A stretch of DNA of 64,000 bases from Bacillota bacterium (GCA_023406895.1 JAEXTV010000031.1:110603-174602); one strand, 5' to 3'; positions 1-9,200 are shown, counted from the first letter of the stretch. Numbers and translations: made by a program. Notes: generated from the letters alone by a model not told the origin.

Positions 1-4
1 GACG

Positions 5-36
5 GCTCCCGCAGGCTCAGCCTTCGGGAGCTTTTT
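5..36 (+). terminator. Rho-independent terminator-like hairpin at the window edge
   Basis: Inverted repeat GCTCCCG (5-11) / CGGGAGC (25-31) followed by T-run 32-36. Confidence 0.5.
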
Positions 37-104
37 CTTATGGCCACCGTAACAGATGAGGTCATCGGACAGGCACAACTGAGTGCCGCTTCATCTCATA
101 TCAA

Positions 105-130
105 GTCATTCTGAGCGTCAGCGAAGAATC
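105..130. repeat. Short palindromic repeat, GTCATTCTGA...GAAGAATC family
   Basis: ATTCT/AGAAT inverted ends. Related copies at 29579-29612 and 29744-29777. Confidence 0.5.
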
Positions 131-223
131 CCATGTCAGTGCTTTGCAGAAGAGGTCTTTATCGCTGCTGAGCTCAGCAATTATTTTTCTCAACAAGACA
201 GGAGTTCATAGGGCAAAGAAAAT

Positions 224-280
224 ACTCCCTCAGTCGCCTTGCGGCGACAGCTCCCTCTCGGAGGGAGCCAAGGGTGCGAT
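224..280 (-). repeat. Double-hairpin REP/MITE-like element, inverted orientation
   Basis: GTCGCC-TTGC-GGCGAC hairpin next to AGCTCCCTC-TCG-GAGGGAGC hairpin. Same architecture as copies at 2628, 13118, 13312, 18757, 18985, 36.5-37.3 kb and 46398. Confidence 0.7.
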
Positions 281-428
281 AGCTTTTGAAGCTGCGGCGA
301 AGGTGTGAAAGTGACGATTGGGAGTCATCAATTACTGATCATTCTGGATTATTGTAACAATCAAGATATGTACGGTGTAATCACCACCAATAATTCGTAA
401 AAATGTGGGTCTTTATGTCAAAAAACTA

Positions 429-457
429 TTGACAACACCGCAGCAAGACGCTAATAT
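429..457 (+). promoter_or_regulatory. Sigma-A-type promoter upstream of the ABC transporter operon
   Basis: TTGACA (429-434), 17-nt spacer, TAATAT (452-457). Two short palindromes follow: TATATCGT..ACGATATA and TATAGCG..CGCTATA. Confidence 0.55.
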
Positions 458-522
458 TTATATCGTCAAACGATATAGCGTTAGGCGCTATACCGCAGGC
501 CGTTATAAAGACGGCAAAAGAA

Positions 523-1329
523 ATGAGGCATGACATGAACACTGAAACGAAATTGGAAGAAGTTCTTTGTGTCAGAAATCTGACAAAGACTTTTACGATG
601 ACAAACAAACAGCGCAGAATAGAAAAAACGACCGAGAGAACAAAAACGGCCGTCAACGACTTATCATTCACCGCATACAAGGGTGAAATATTCGGGCTGC
701 TTGGTCCCAACGGTGCCGGAAAAACCACCACGCTTCGCATCATTTCCACACTGCTTCGTCCCGATACGGGCGATGTCACGGTCAACGGTGAGAGCGCAGC
801 GGAAAATCCGTCAAAGGTTCGCAGCCAGATCGGTTTTCTCACCAGCGAGCTCAAGCTGGAAACCTGCTTTACCCCTAATTATCTATATGGCTTCTTCTCT
901 GATCTTTACGGGGTGGATCCCTCAGTCAGAGACGAGCGTCAGAAAAGATTGTTTGAGAAATTCGGCATTGATAAATTTGCGGAAGTGAAAATCGGGAATC
1001 TGTCTTCGGGCATGAAGCAAAAGGTTTCGCTTGTCATATCCATCGTGCACGATCCGGATATCATTATTTTCGACGAGCCGACAAACGGGCTCGATGTGCT
1101 GACTGCGAAGGTCGTCACGGATTTTCTGCTCGAACTCAAAGCGCAGGGCAAAAGCATCATTTTATCCACGCACATATTCAATCTCGCGGAAAGGCTTTGT
1201 GACCGGGTCGGGATTATCATCAACGGCAAAATGACACTTTGCGGAACGCTAGAAGACATCACCGCGTCAAAGCCGCTTGAGGATGTTTTCTTCGATTCAT
1301 ATGCAAAGACGGTGGGTGACACGTTATGA
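523..1329 (+). CDS. ABC transporter ATP-binding protein (ABC-2 / NatA-like)
   Basis: Walker A GPNGAGKTT, signature LSSGMKQK, Walker B IIIFDEPT. The ATG at 535 has better RBS spacing (GAGG 525-528). 4-nt overlap with the downstream permease. Confidence 0.9.
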   Translation: MRHDMNTETKLEEVLCVRNLTKTFTMTNKQRRIEKTTERTKTAVNDLSFTAYKGEIFGLLGPNGAGKTTTLRIISTLLRPDTGDVTVNGESAAENPSKVRSQIGFLTSELKLETCFTPNYLYGFFSDLYGVDPSVRDERQKRLFEKFGIDKFAEVKIGNLSSGMKQKVSLVISIVHDPDIIIFDEPTNGLDVLTAKVVTDFLLELKAQGKSIILSTHIFNLAERLCDRVGIIINGKMTLCGTLEDITASKPLEDVFFDSYAKTVGDTL

Positions 1330-2504
1330 AAAGCAATATCTTAACGATTATGAAAAAAGAGTTTTCAAAGTTCTTTGGCGATAAAAGGATGGTTCTCACA
1401 TCGCTGTTTTTGCCCGGGCTGATGATATTCTTAATGTATTCTGTGATGGGTGACGCAATCAAGTCGTTCTCGTCGGTGGATCAAACATATGTCTACCGTG
1501 TTTATGTCAGCAATATGCCGTCATCCATTAACGACGATATTGATGCGTTGAATTTTGATATAACCAATATAGATGAAAAAGACTTTGACAATATCAAAAC
1601 GCAGATAGCGGATAAAAATGCCGATATGCTTGTGGTGTTCCCTCAGGATTTCGACTCAGCTGTCGCTGATTATAACGCCTCGGATGCGTCGCAGACGGCG
1701 CCCAATGTGGACATTTATTACAACACCACATCCACAGAATCGAGCAATGCCTATTCGCTGATGCTGGGCTTTCTTGATGACTATGAATCTCGGCTGGCCA
1801 ACAGATTTGATGTGAACAACAGGGGTGCCGCCTACGATCTGGCTTCGGAAAAAGACGTGACCGGCGAGTTTTTCTCGATGATGCTGCCCATGCTGATGAT
1901 GGTATTCATGTTCAGCGGGTGCATGGGCATTGCCCCCGAGTCCATCGCGGGCGAAAAAGAGAGAGGAACCATCGCCACCTTGCTGGTCACGCCGATAAAA
2001 CGAAGCGAGCTGGCTGTCGGCAAGATCATCAGCTTAAGCACGCTCGCGCTGCTGAGCGGTTTATCGAGCTTTATCGGCACAATGCTGGCGCTGCCAAAAA
2101 TGATGGGCGGAGAAGGGATGAATGCGTCGGTATACTCATTGGCCGATTACGCGCTGCTGCTCGTGGTCATTCTCTCCACAATTCTTCTGTTCATCTCGCT
2201 GATATCGGTAATCTCCGCATTCTCGAAAACCGTGAAGGAAGCCACCACATCGGTGCTGCCGCTCATGATCATCGTGATGCTGATCGGTATCACGGCGATG
2301 TTTGGCAACGGAGCTCCGACCGACATGGCTTGGTACTTCGTGCCGCTGTACAACAGCGTGCAGTGCATGATCGGCATTTTCTCGTTTGCCTACGATCCGT
2401 TGCACATCGTTGTGACTATGGCAGCCAATATCGCCGTTTCCGCCTTGTTTATGTATGTGCTCACGCGCATGTTCAACAGCGAAAAGGTGATGTTCGCCAT
2501 TTAA
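1326..2504 (+). CDS. ABC-2 family transporter permease (NatB-like)
   Basis: 392 aa. N-terminal TM helix, large acidic extracytoplasmic loop, then a C-terminal multi-TM block. Start overlaps the ATPase stop (ATGA). Confidence 0.8.
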   Translation: MKSNILTIMKKEFSKFFGDKRMVLTSLFLPGLMIFLMYSVMGDAIKSFSSVDQTYVYRVYVSNMPSSINDDIDALNFDITNIDEKDFDNIKTQIADKNADMLVVFPQDFDSAVADYNASDASQTAPNVDIYYNTTSTESSNAYSLMLGFLDDYESRLANRFDVNNRGAAYDLASEKDVTGEFFSMMLPMLMMVFMFSGCMGIAPESIAGEKERGTIATLLVTPIKRSELAVGKIISLSTLALLSGLSSFIGTMLALPKMMGGEGMNASVYSLADYALLLVVILSTILLFISLISVISAFSKTVKEATTSVLPLMIIVMLIGITAMFGNGAPTDMAWYFVPLYNSVQCMIGIFSFAYDPLHIVVTMAANIAVSALFMYVLTRMFNSEKVMFAI

Positions 2505-2570
2505 GTGAAAATCGGTTCGCCGCATCAAACTGAGCTTGCATGCGGATAATAAGCTATTGAAAATGATACC

Positions 2571-2829
2571 GCTTCCGTCAGCAGCAAACTGACGGAAGCT
2601 CAGAGTGTCAAAAAACCCTATTATCTCGGCCCCCTCTGACGAGGGGGCTGTCACCGATAGGTGACTGGGGGAGAGAAAATGGCTTGAAATTGGTTAAATC
2701 AGTCACTCTCTCCAGCTCGTTGTACCCATCTCCATATCCACTCTTTCGGGGTAGTCATCTGCGAGAGGCTCTTTAGATTTTATCGACAACCTGCGCTTCC
2801 GTTAGCAGCAAACTGACGGAAGCTTTTTT
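2571..2829 (+). repeat. Duplicated terminator hairpin flanking an insert that carries a double-hairpin element
   Basis: GCTTCCGTCAG-CAGCAAA-CTGACGGAAGC at 2571-2599 recurs at 2795-2823, with one G.T wobble pair (G2805/T2814). Only the second copy is followed by TTTTTT. REP-like element GCCCCCTC-TGAC-GAGGGGGC / GTCACC-GATA-GGTGAC at 2628-2676. Confidence 0.7.
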
Positions 2830-2895
2830 ATTGCTTGTTCATATTCGCCGCTTTAACGGGACACATTAAGCATATCAACACATGGAGGACTTGCC

Positions 2896-3708
2896 ATGCA
2901 TGCGATGTTTAAGGGCACCATCAGCTTCGGGCTGGTGAGCATCCCAATTAAAATGTTCGCCGCGACGGAGGAAAAGGATATTCGTTTTCGCTCGATCCAT
3001 AAAAAGTGCCACACACCCATCAAATACAAAAAGGTCTGCCCGATCTGCAACGAGGAAGTGGGCCCCGACGATATCGTCAAGGGCTTTGAGTACGAGCCCG
3101 GCAAGTTCGTGATCATCTCCGATGAGGATATCGAGTCGGCCAAAGCCGAGGTACAGGGGCGGGCCATCGAAATCGTGGATTTTGTGGATCTGCGCGAGAT
3201 AGACCCGATTTACTTCGATAAGACATATTACTTGGCACCGCAGCCCGAGATGGGCGACAAGGCCTACAGCCTGCTGCGCGAGGCGATGAACCGCTCGGGG
3301 CGCATTGCGGTGGCGCGCGTGACCATGCGCGATAAGCAAACGCTCTGTGTGCTGCGCGTTTACGGTGATGCGCTTGTGCTCGAAACGATATTCTATCCCG
3401 ATGAGATACGCCCGGTCAGTGAGGTGCCGTCGCTGCCCAAACAAACGGTTGTGGACCCAAAAGAGATGGACATTGCGGAGAAGCTGATCGGAAACCTCAC
3501 GGCAGCGTTCGATCCGTCGAAATACACCGATGAATACCGCGCGTCACTGCGCAAAGTGATTGATATGAAAATCGCGGGCAAGCAGGTGGTCACGCAGCCA
3601 AGCGCCCCGGAAACCAACGTGATCGATCTGATGGAAGCGCTGAAACGAAGCGTGGAGCAGACGGAGAAAGCGATGAAGAAAGCGCCGCCGAAGCGCAAAG
3701 CCAAATAA
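2896..3708 (+). CDS. ku: Ku protein (bacterial NHEJ DNA end-binding protein)
   Basis: N-terminus MFKGTISFGLVSIPIKMFAATEEKDIRFRSIHKKC..PIKYKKVCP matches the YkoV/Ku family pattern. Basic C-terminal tail. RBS GGAGG 7 nt upstream. Confidence 0.92.
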   Translation: MHAMFKGTISFGLVSIPIKMFAATEEKDIRFRSIHKKCHTPIKYKKVCPICNEEVGPDDIVKGFEYEPGKFVIISDEDIESAKAEVQGRAIEIVDFVDLREIDPIYFDKTYYLAPQPEMGDKAYSLLREAMNRSGRIAVARVTMRDKQTLCVLRVYGDALVLETIFYPDEIRPVSEVPSLPKQTVVDPKEMDIAEKLIGNLTAAFDPSKYTDEYRASLRKVIDMKIAGKQVVTQPSAPETNVIDLMEALKRSVEQTEKAMKKAPPKRKAK

Positions 3709-3709
3709 T

Positions 3710-4603
3710 ATGGATATCATGGTTATGGAGCCCATCACGCTGCCGAACGTGGCCGTGGGGGATTTTATTCATCAGATCAAATGGGACGGCATCCGCGGCA
3801 TCTGCGTGATTGAGAACGGCGGCGTCTCAGTGTTTTCAAAAAGCGGACGCAATGCGACAGCGGCGTATCCCGAACTGGGCGCGCTCGCCCAGCACATAGA
3901 CGCGAAGCAGGCCGTGCTGGACGGTGAAATTGTGGTGTTCGCGGAAGGAAAGCCTTCGTTTTACCATGTGCTCAAACGCAGCCGCGTGCACAGCCCGGCA
4001 GTGGCTGCGCAGTATCCGGTGCGTTACGTCGTGTTCGACATTTTGATGCTGAACGGATGCGATTTGAAAAATGAGCCGATTGAAAAACGTCAGCAGCTGC
4101 TTAACAGCCGGTTCAGTGGCAGCGCTTCGATGGCGCTTGCGGACAGCTTTGCCGACGGTGAGGCGCTTTTTGCGCTGATGCGGCAGAAGAGTATGGAAGG
4201 CATCGTCTCAAAGCGGCGCGGCAGCCGCTACATTGCGGGCAAAAGCCACAGTGATTGGTACAAAACCAAAACAGCGAGAAAAATGCTTTGTGTCGTCACG
4301 GGAGTGCATTTCAACGCGGGGCAGGCGGCTTCGCTGAGCCTCGGCGTTTATCATGATGGGGAGCTGATTCCCGCCGGACACGTGGGGACGGGGCTCTCTC
4401 AGGACGACTTGGGTCTAATGGCCGACTATGCGCGGCGCGAAGGCATACCGATGGGTAAAGACGATATTCGTTTGGAACCGCGTTTAACCTGCTGGGTCCG
4501 CTTTGCGGAATGGACGCCGACAATGACGCTGCGCCATCCCGTGTTGCTTGGCTTTTCGGATAAAGCGCCGTCGGAAGCGACCGGAGAGGAGATCACACTG
4601 TGA
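3710..4603 (+). CDS. ligD: ATP-dependent DNA ligase, LigD-type ligase-only domain
   Basis: Adenylation motif KxDG (IKWDGIRG), ~300 aa. Starts 2 nt after the ku stop. Confidence 0.88.
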   Translation: MDIMVMEPITLPNVAVGDFIHQIKWDGIRGICVIENGGVSVFSKSGRNATAAYPELGALAQHIDAKQAVLDGEIVVFAEGKPSFYHVLKRSRVHSPAVAAQYPVRYVVFDILMLNGCDLKNEPIEKRQQLLNSRFSGSASMALADSFADGEALFALMRQKSMEGIVSKRRGSRYIAGKSHSDWYKTKTARKMLCVVTGVHFNAGQAASLSLGVYHDGELIPAGHVGTGLSQDDLGLMADYARREGIPMGKDDIRLEPRLTCWVRFAEWTPTMTLRHPVLLGFSDKAPSEATGEEITL

Positions 4604-5484
4604 GCACGATCACCGTACAAGGCAGCAGCGTGGCCATGACGAACCCCGATAAAGTGCTGTTTCCCGATACCGGCATGACGAAGGGCGAATATGTGAAAGC
4701 GCTCGTTTCGCTCGCGCCGTATTTGCTGCCGCACACGAGCGGTCAGCCATTAACCATTCTGCGCTATCCGCATGGCGTGGGCGACGAATTCTTCTATCAG
4801 AAAAGGCCGCCCAAGGGCACGCCCGAATGGGTTAGCATCACCACCGACGATTCGGGCGAGGCATTCGTCAATCTCGACAGCTTAAAAACGCTGATTTGGC
4901 TCGGGAATTCGGCTGCGCTCGAATTTCATGTGCCGTTCTGCGCGCCTGACGGGATGCTGCTAGCACTTGTTTTCGATCTCGATCCATCGGAAGGGCAGAC
5001 GTTTGAAGACGTGGCGGATTGCGCGCTCTTGGTGCATGAAACACTTTCGCATCTCGGCGTACCGAATTATGCCAAAACCTCGGGCGCGTCTGGCCTGCAG
5101 ATCCACATCCCCACAAGGCGTATGACGTTTGAGGAAGGCCGCAGGATCAACTTGTTCTTCGGCAAGTATTTTGCGGCAAAGCATCCGAAAACCATGACGA
5201 TCGAGCGTCTCGTTAAAAACAGAGGACACAAGCTGTATTTTGATTATTTGCAGATGGGGCACGGCAAAAGCATCATCAGTGTTTATTCGCCGCGCGCTGT
5301 GCCGTGCGGCGCGGTGTCGATGCCGGTCACATGGGACGAGCTGCAAAACGGCGCGAAGCCGTGCGACTTTACGCTGCAAAATGCCGCGCAGCGGCTGAAA
5401 AAAACCGGAGATCTGTTCGCGCCCATGCTGAGGGAGGGCAAGAGTATCCCCGTGCTTGAGGAGATACTGGCACGCGATGTCTAA
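4600..5484 (+). CDS. LigD-type polymerase/primase domain protein (NHEJ PolDom), stand-alone
   Basis: 294 aa. The LFPDTGMTKGEYV..YPHG..FFYQK pattern is typical of the LigD PolDom. GTG start overlaps the ligase stop (GTGA). Confidence 0.85.
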   Translation: MSTITVQGSSVAMTNPDKVLFPDTGMTKGEYVKALVSLAPYLLPHTSGQPLTILRYPHGVGDEFFYQKRPPKGTPEWVSITTDDSGEAFVNLDSLKTLIWLGNSAALEFHVPFCAPDGMLLALVFDLDPSEGQTFEDVADCALLVHETLSHLGVPNYAKTSGASGLQIHIPTRRMTFEEGRRINLFFGKYFAAKHPKTMTIERLVKNRGHKLYFDYLQMGHGKSIISVYSPRAVPCGAVSMPVTWDELQNGAKPCDFTLQNAAQRLKKTGDLFAPMLREGKSIPVLEEILARDV

Positions 5485-5560
5485 CTGTCATTTGTTTTAA
5501 AACGATCTGATCCATCTCGGCAAACGGGTGTACCGGATGAACCAAAGTCCATACAAAAAG

Positions 5561-5590
5561 CCGGGCGCGTTCTTATGAAGTCACCCGGCG
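5561..5590. terminator. Bidirectional terminator-like hairpin between convergent genes
   Basis: GCCGGG...CCCGGC stem flanked by an A-run upstream and GTTTA downstream. Confidence 0.4.
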
Positions 5591-5602
5591 TTTATGGAGG
5601 CA

Positions 5603-6352
5603 TTAATACTTACCCTTCACACAATCCATATGTTCAACGTCACCATTGTAATATTTGGATACAATAACGTAGGCTGCATCTCCTTTCACCATGGCAAACA
5701 ATCCCAGGCCAGTGGTATATATATTTCCCGGATGAAAATCGTCAGGCTCCTCTCCGATATTCGTTATCATCGATAAGCCGATGTAGGACATTCCATTGAA
5801 TTCAATTCCGCCGCCATCCGGTGACTCAGCATAAAGCTGTATTGAAGGCGTTTGGATGCCATAATCATCATCAGGGTAGTCCGACGGATAAGCCACTTCG
5901 TATTTAACAAGGCAATACTCTAAATCATCGCTTTCAAGCGGTTCGAAAACCCAAACATGATTTTCTGAGTTGTACTTATCAATGGTTGATTGGACTTCAC
6001 CGCTTTCTGAAGAACGGAGGATGTCGGTGACGCGGTAATATATCGTGTGATCTTGATCATCCACCGAGGAATGCTTTTTTGACTCCACCCATTCTCCGAA
6101 ATCAGCCGGATTTTCGGGTGTTGTATCGGTACGGGGCACGATAGCCGCAATATCCGCGTTTTCCGGTACAGATGCGTCAGGCGATTCAACATCAGGCTCC
6201 TGCGCAGTCACCTCTTCAGATACCAAAGGCTCTGACTCTTCAACTTGCGCCGGATCACTGCTCTTATCAGACGGAACAACCGCTTGGCTGCATCCCGCCA
6301 GACTGAAAACGAGCATTGCAATGGCAACCAGATAACAAAAATATCTTTTCAT
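5603..6352 (-). CDS. Putative lipoprotein, function unknown
   Basis: Signal peptide with lipobox (LVFSLAGC), then an acidic low-complexity linker and a globular domain. Confidence 0.7.
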   Translation of the reverse strand: MKRYFCYLVAIAMLVFSLAGCSQAVVPSDKSSDPAQVEESEPLVSEEVTAQEPDVESPDASVPENADIAAIVPRTDTTPENPADFGEWVESKKHSSVDDQDHTIYYRVTDILRSSESGEVQSTIDKYNSENHVWVFEPLESDDLEYCLVKYEVAYPSDYPDDDYGIQTPSIQLYAESPDGGGIEFNGMSYIGLSMITNIGEEPDDFHPGNIYTTGLGLFAMVKGDAAYVIVSKYYNGDVEHMDCVKGKY

Positions 6353-6491
6353 GGAAACACTCCTTAATGAATTGTATTAATAACACATAATGTTATATTA
6401 CGACAATAAAACCAATATATCAACATAATATAACATTAATGTATAAATCAACTTGTCTTCTTGCCCGAATATGTATGGCGGGATTCGCTTA

Positions 6492-6744
6492 TTGACATAA
6501 ATGGTGTTTGCTGATAAGCTGAATTATATATTAAGAAAACCAAGGAGGCAGCAGAAGCGAATGAAGAGACAGTAACCAAAAAACAAAGAAACGGGCAAAA
6601 GGCCCGCATACGTTTTGAGGATTACTGTTTAGAGAAATCATTCGTTTCCATGATGCCTTTTATTGTGCTCAAATTGCCTTGTGCTTTGATGCACTATTGG
6701 CGTATTGACGGTAATCCTCTCTTGAAAAGGAGTGGATTTTTTTG
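6492..6744 (+). promoter_or_regulatory. Leader of the ABC-F gene: candidate promoter, 4-codon uORF and terminator/RBS-sequestering hairpin
   Basis: TTGACA 6492-6497. RBS AAGGAGG 6542-6548 followed by ATG AAG AGA CAG TAA (6561-6575). Hairpin ATCCTCTCTT-GAAA-AGGAGTGGAT (6714-6737, one mismatch) followed by a T-run (6738-6743) that runs into the TTG start. The hairpin 3' arm contains the gene RBS. Confidence 0.55.
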
Positions 6745-8166
6745 TTGCTGGAAATCAACAATCTAGAGAAAAGCTACGGCACCCGAACAGTGGTGTCACT
6801 CAAAAGGCTCGCCCTGTACGGCGGCGATAAGCTCGCTGTGGTGGGCAAGAACGGCGCGGGCAAAACCACGCTGCTAAAGCTCATCACGGGGGAGGAGGAG
6901 CCGGATGCCGGGCGTGTGAGTGTGCGCGGGCAGCTCGGCGTTATCGCGCAGTTTGATACGCCGGACGATGAAAACGCCCACAGCGGCGGAGAAAAAACTT
7001 CCGCGCTGATTGCGCGTGCGTTTGAACAAAACCCGGATATACTGGTAGCCGACGAGCCGACCACCAATCTTGATCTGCCGGGTATTGAAAGGCTCGAAGG
7101 CGCGCTTATGGCGTTTGACGGCGCGCTGCTGCTCGTCTCGCACGACCGCGTGCTGCTCGGAAGCGTCTGCACAAAGGTGCTGGAAATTGAGAACGGCTGC
7201 TGCACACTGTATGGCTGCGGTTATGAGGATTATCTTGCGCAAAAGCAGCTCGAAAAAGCATCGCAGGCGGCGCGGTACGATGCGTATGCAGAGGAAGCCG
7301 GCCGGCTCAAAAAAGTGGCGGAGGAAAAAGCACGGCAATCCGCCGGCGTTAAGAAAGCGCCAAAACGTATGGGCAACTCGGAGGCGCGGCTGCATAAAAT
7401 GGGCGGACAAAGCCAGAAAGCCAAGCTGGACCGTGCGGCCAAGGCGGCCCGGTCGCGCCTCGATCATCTGGAAAGGGTGGAAAAGCCGTGGCAGGACAGA
7501 GATATCGCGTTTGATCTGCGCGCCACAGCGATTCACAGCCCCGTGCTGGTGGATGTGCGCGGCGTGTCCAAGCGTTTTGGCAGCAGAGTGGTGCTGAATG
7601 ATGTTCGTTTTGTGATCCCGAACGGCAGAAAAACGGCGTTGGTTGGGGCCAACGGCGCGGGTAAAACCACGCTGCTCGAGCTCATCGCGGCGCGTGCGGA
7701 AGGCGTGGAACCCTGCGCGCATCTGCGCATCGGCTACTTTAAGCAGGATTTAAGCACGCTCGACAGTCAAAAAAGCGTGATCGAGAACGCGATGGACGGC
7801 GCGGCCTACCCCGAGACGTTTGTGCGGACGATACTCGCGCGCCTGCTGTTCCGGCGCGACGCGGTGCACCAAAAGGCTGCCACACTGAGCGGCGGCGAGC
7901 GTCTAAAGCTCGCGCTCGCGCGTATCATTCTTTCGGGCTTTCATCTGCTTGTGCTCGATGAGCCGACGAATTTTCTTGATGCCGAATCGCGCAGCGCGCT
8001 GGAAGCGGTGCTGTGCGCGTACCCGGGTGCGGTGCTGTTTGTCTCGCACGACCGCGCATTTCTGCGCGCTGTGGCCGACAGGGTTGTGCTTATCTCGGAC
8101 GGACGCGCGCAGACCTATGAAGATGGCTTTGAGGCGTTTGAACAGCTGCATAAACAAAATGGCTGA
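6742..8166 (+). CDS. ABC-F family ATPase, probable ribosome-protection type
   Basis: Two ABC cassettes (GKNGAGKTT and GANGAGKTT; signatures HSGGEK and LSGGER), no TM segments, basic ~80-aa inter-domain linker (..KKAPKRMGNSEARLHKMGG..). Confidence 0.85.
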   Translation: MLLEINNLEKSYGTRTVVSLKRLALYGGDKLAVVGKNGAGKTTLLKLITGEEEPDAGRVSVRGQLGVIAQFDTPDDENAHSGGEKTSALIARAFEQNPDILVADEPTTNLDLPGIERLEGALMAFDGALLLVSHDRVLLGSVCTKVLEIENGCCTLYGCGYEDYLAQKQLEKASQAARYDAYAEEAGRLKKVAEEKARQSAGVKKAPKRMGNSEARLHKMGGQSQKAKLDRAAKAARSRLDHLERVEKPWQDRDIAFDLRATAIHSPVLVDVRGVSKRFGSRVVLNDVRFVIPNGRKTALVGANGAGKTTLLELIAARAEGVEPCAHLRIGYFKQDLSTLDSQKSVIENAMDGAAYPETFVRTILARLLFRRDAVHQKAATLSGGERLKLALARIILSGFHLLVLDEPTNFLDAESRSALEAVLCAYPGAVLFVSHDRAFLRAVADRVVLISDGRAQTYEDGFEAFEQLHKQNG

Positions 8167-8260
8167 GGGTGTACAGACTTGGCAAACTGTGATAATATAA
8201 GACAAGCCAAAGCATACCTAAAGGCAATTTGGCGTACGTACAGGCCATATTTAGGAGAGT

Positions 8261-9157
8261 ATGAAAATGAAGAAAGCATTGTTTATCATATTGGTGATGG
8301 CCATTGTTTTCACAATGGCGATTCCGGTATCGCTCGGTGCGCCCGAGGATGACCCCTCCGCCACACCGACGACCACGGACACACAAGGCACAGAAGACCC
8401 CATGCCGGATGACGCAGCCCCGGATACCTCGCAGAGTACGTTTGAGGTGCTTAAGCTTGAGAGCTCGGGGACAAGGGTTTTCAAGATACAGATGCGCCTG
8501 CGGGACCTGGGGTACTTAAACTATCGGCCTACCGGGCAGTACTTCGGCCTGACGCAGGACGCCGTGATGAAGTTTCAGCAGAATAACGGCCTTGATACAG
8601 ACGGCCAGATCGGCCAGATCACATACGACAAGCTGTTCGCAGCAGACGCGGTGCGCAAGCCGTTAAGCGCGTCGGTGACTGTTTATTACGGCGTCGGTGA
8701 GCCCAATGGCGCCACAGCGCCCGGCCAACTCGCTGATTGGTCTACCGTGGTTGACCCGGCCTTCACGGTCGGCACAACGGCCACCGTGACCGATTTTAAT
8801 ACCGGCAAAGCGTTTACGGTGCAGCGCACAGGCGGCACAGGACATGCGGATGTGGAGGTGACGGATGCCGCCGCTTACGCCACATTCCTGGAATGCTTCG
8901 GTGTTCCGGCGGACGTGGAGCCCACGTGGGAGAAGCGCGCCGTGGTGGTCACCGTGGGAACGGATTCTTACGCGGCATCGCTGTTCGGGCATCCGACCGG
9001 TGCCGATACCCTGCCCGACAATGGTATGAGCGGCCACACATGCCTTTATTTTATGGGCAGCACATCGGATGTGCTCGGGTTTGTGGACAAGGAGCATTAC
9101 AAAATGGTGCTGATTGCGGGCGGCAAATCGGAAGGCGAGCTTCAGTATCAGCAATAA
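8261..9157 (+). CDS. Secreted peptidoglycan-binding domain protein
   Basis: Signal peptide. PG_binding_1-like segment (MRLRDLGYL..DAVMKFQQNNGLDTDGQIG..TYDKLF). Confidence 0.7.
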   Translation: MKMKKALFIILVMAIVFTMAIPVSLGAPEDDPSATPTTTDTQGTEDPMPDDAAPDTSQSTFEVLKLESSGTRVFKIQMRLRDLGYLNYRPTGQYFGLTQDAVMKFQQNNGLDTDGQIGQITYDKLFAADAVRKPLSASVTVYYGVGEPNGATAPGQLADWSTVVDPAFTVGTTATVTDFNTGKAFTVQRTGGTGHADVEVTDAAAYATFLECFGVPADVEPTWEKRAVVVTVGTDSYAASLFGHPTGADTLPDNGMSGHTCLYFMGSTSDVLGFVDKEHYKMVLIAGGKSEGELQYQQ

Positions 9158-9168
9158 TTCAAAAACAA

Positions 9169-9200
9169 AAGCAAGTGAGTGTAGTGCTCGCTTGCTTTTT
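9169..9200 (+). terminator. Rho-independent terminator
   Basis: AAGCAAGTGAG / CTCGCTTGCTT stem followed by a T-run. Confidence 0.7.
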
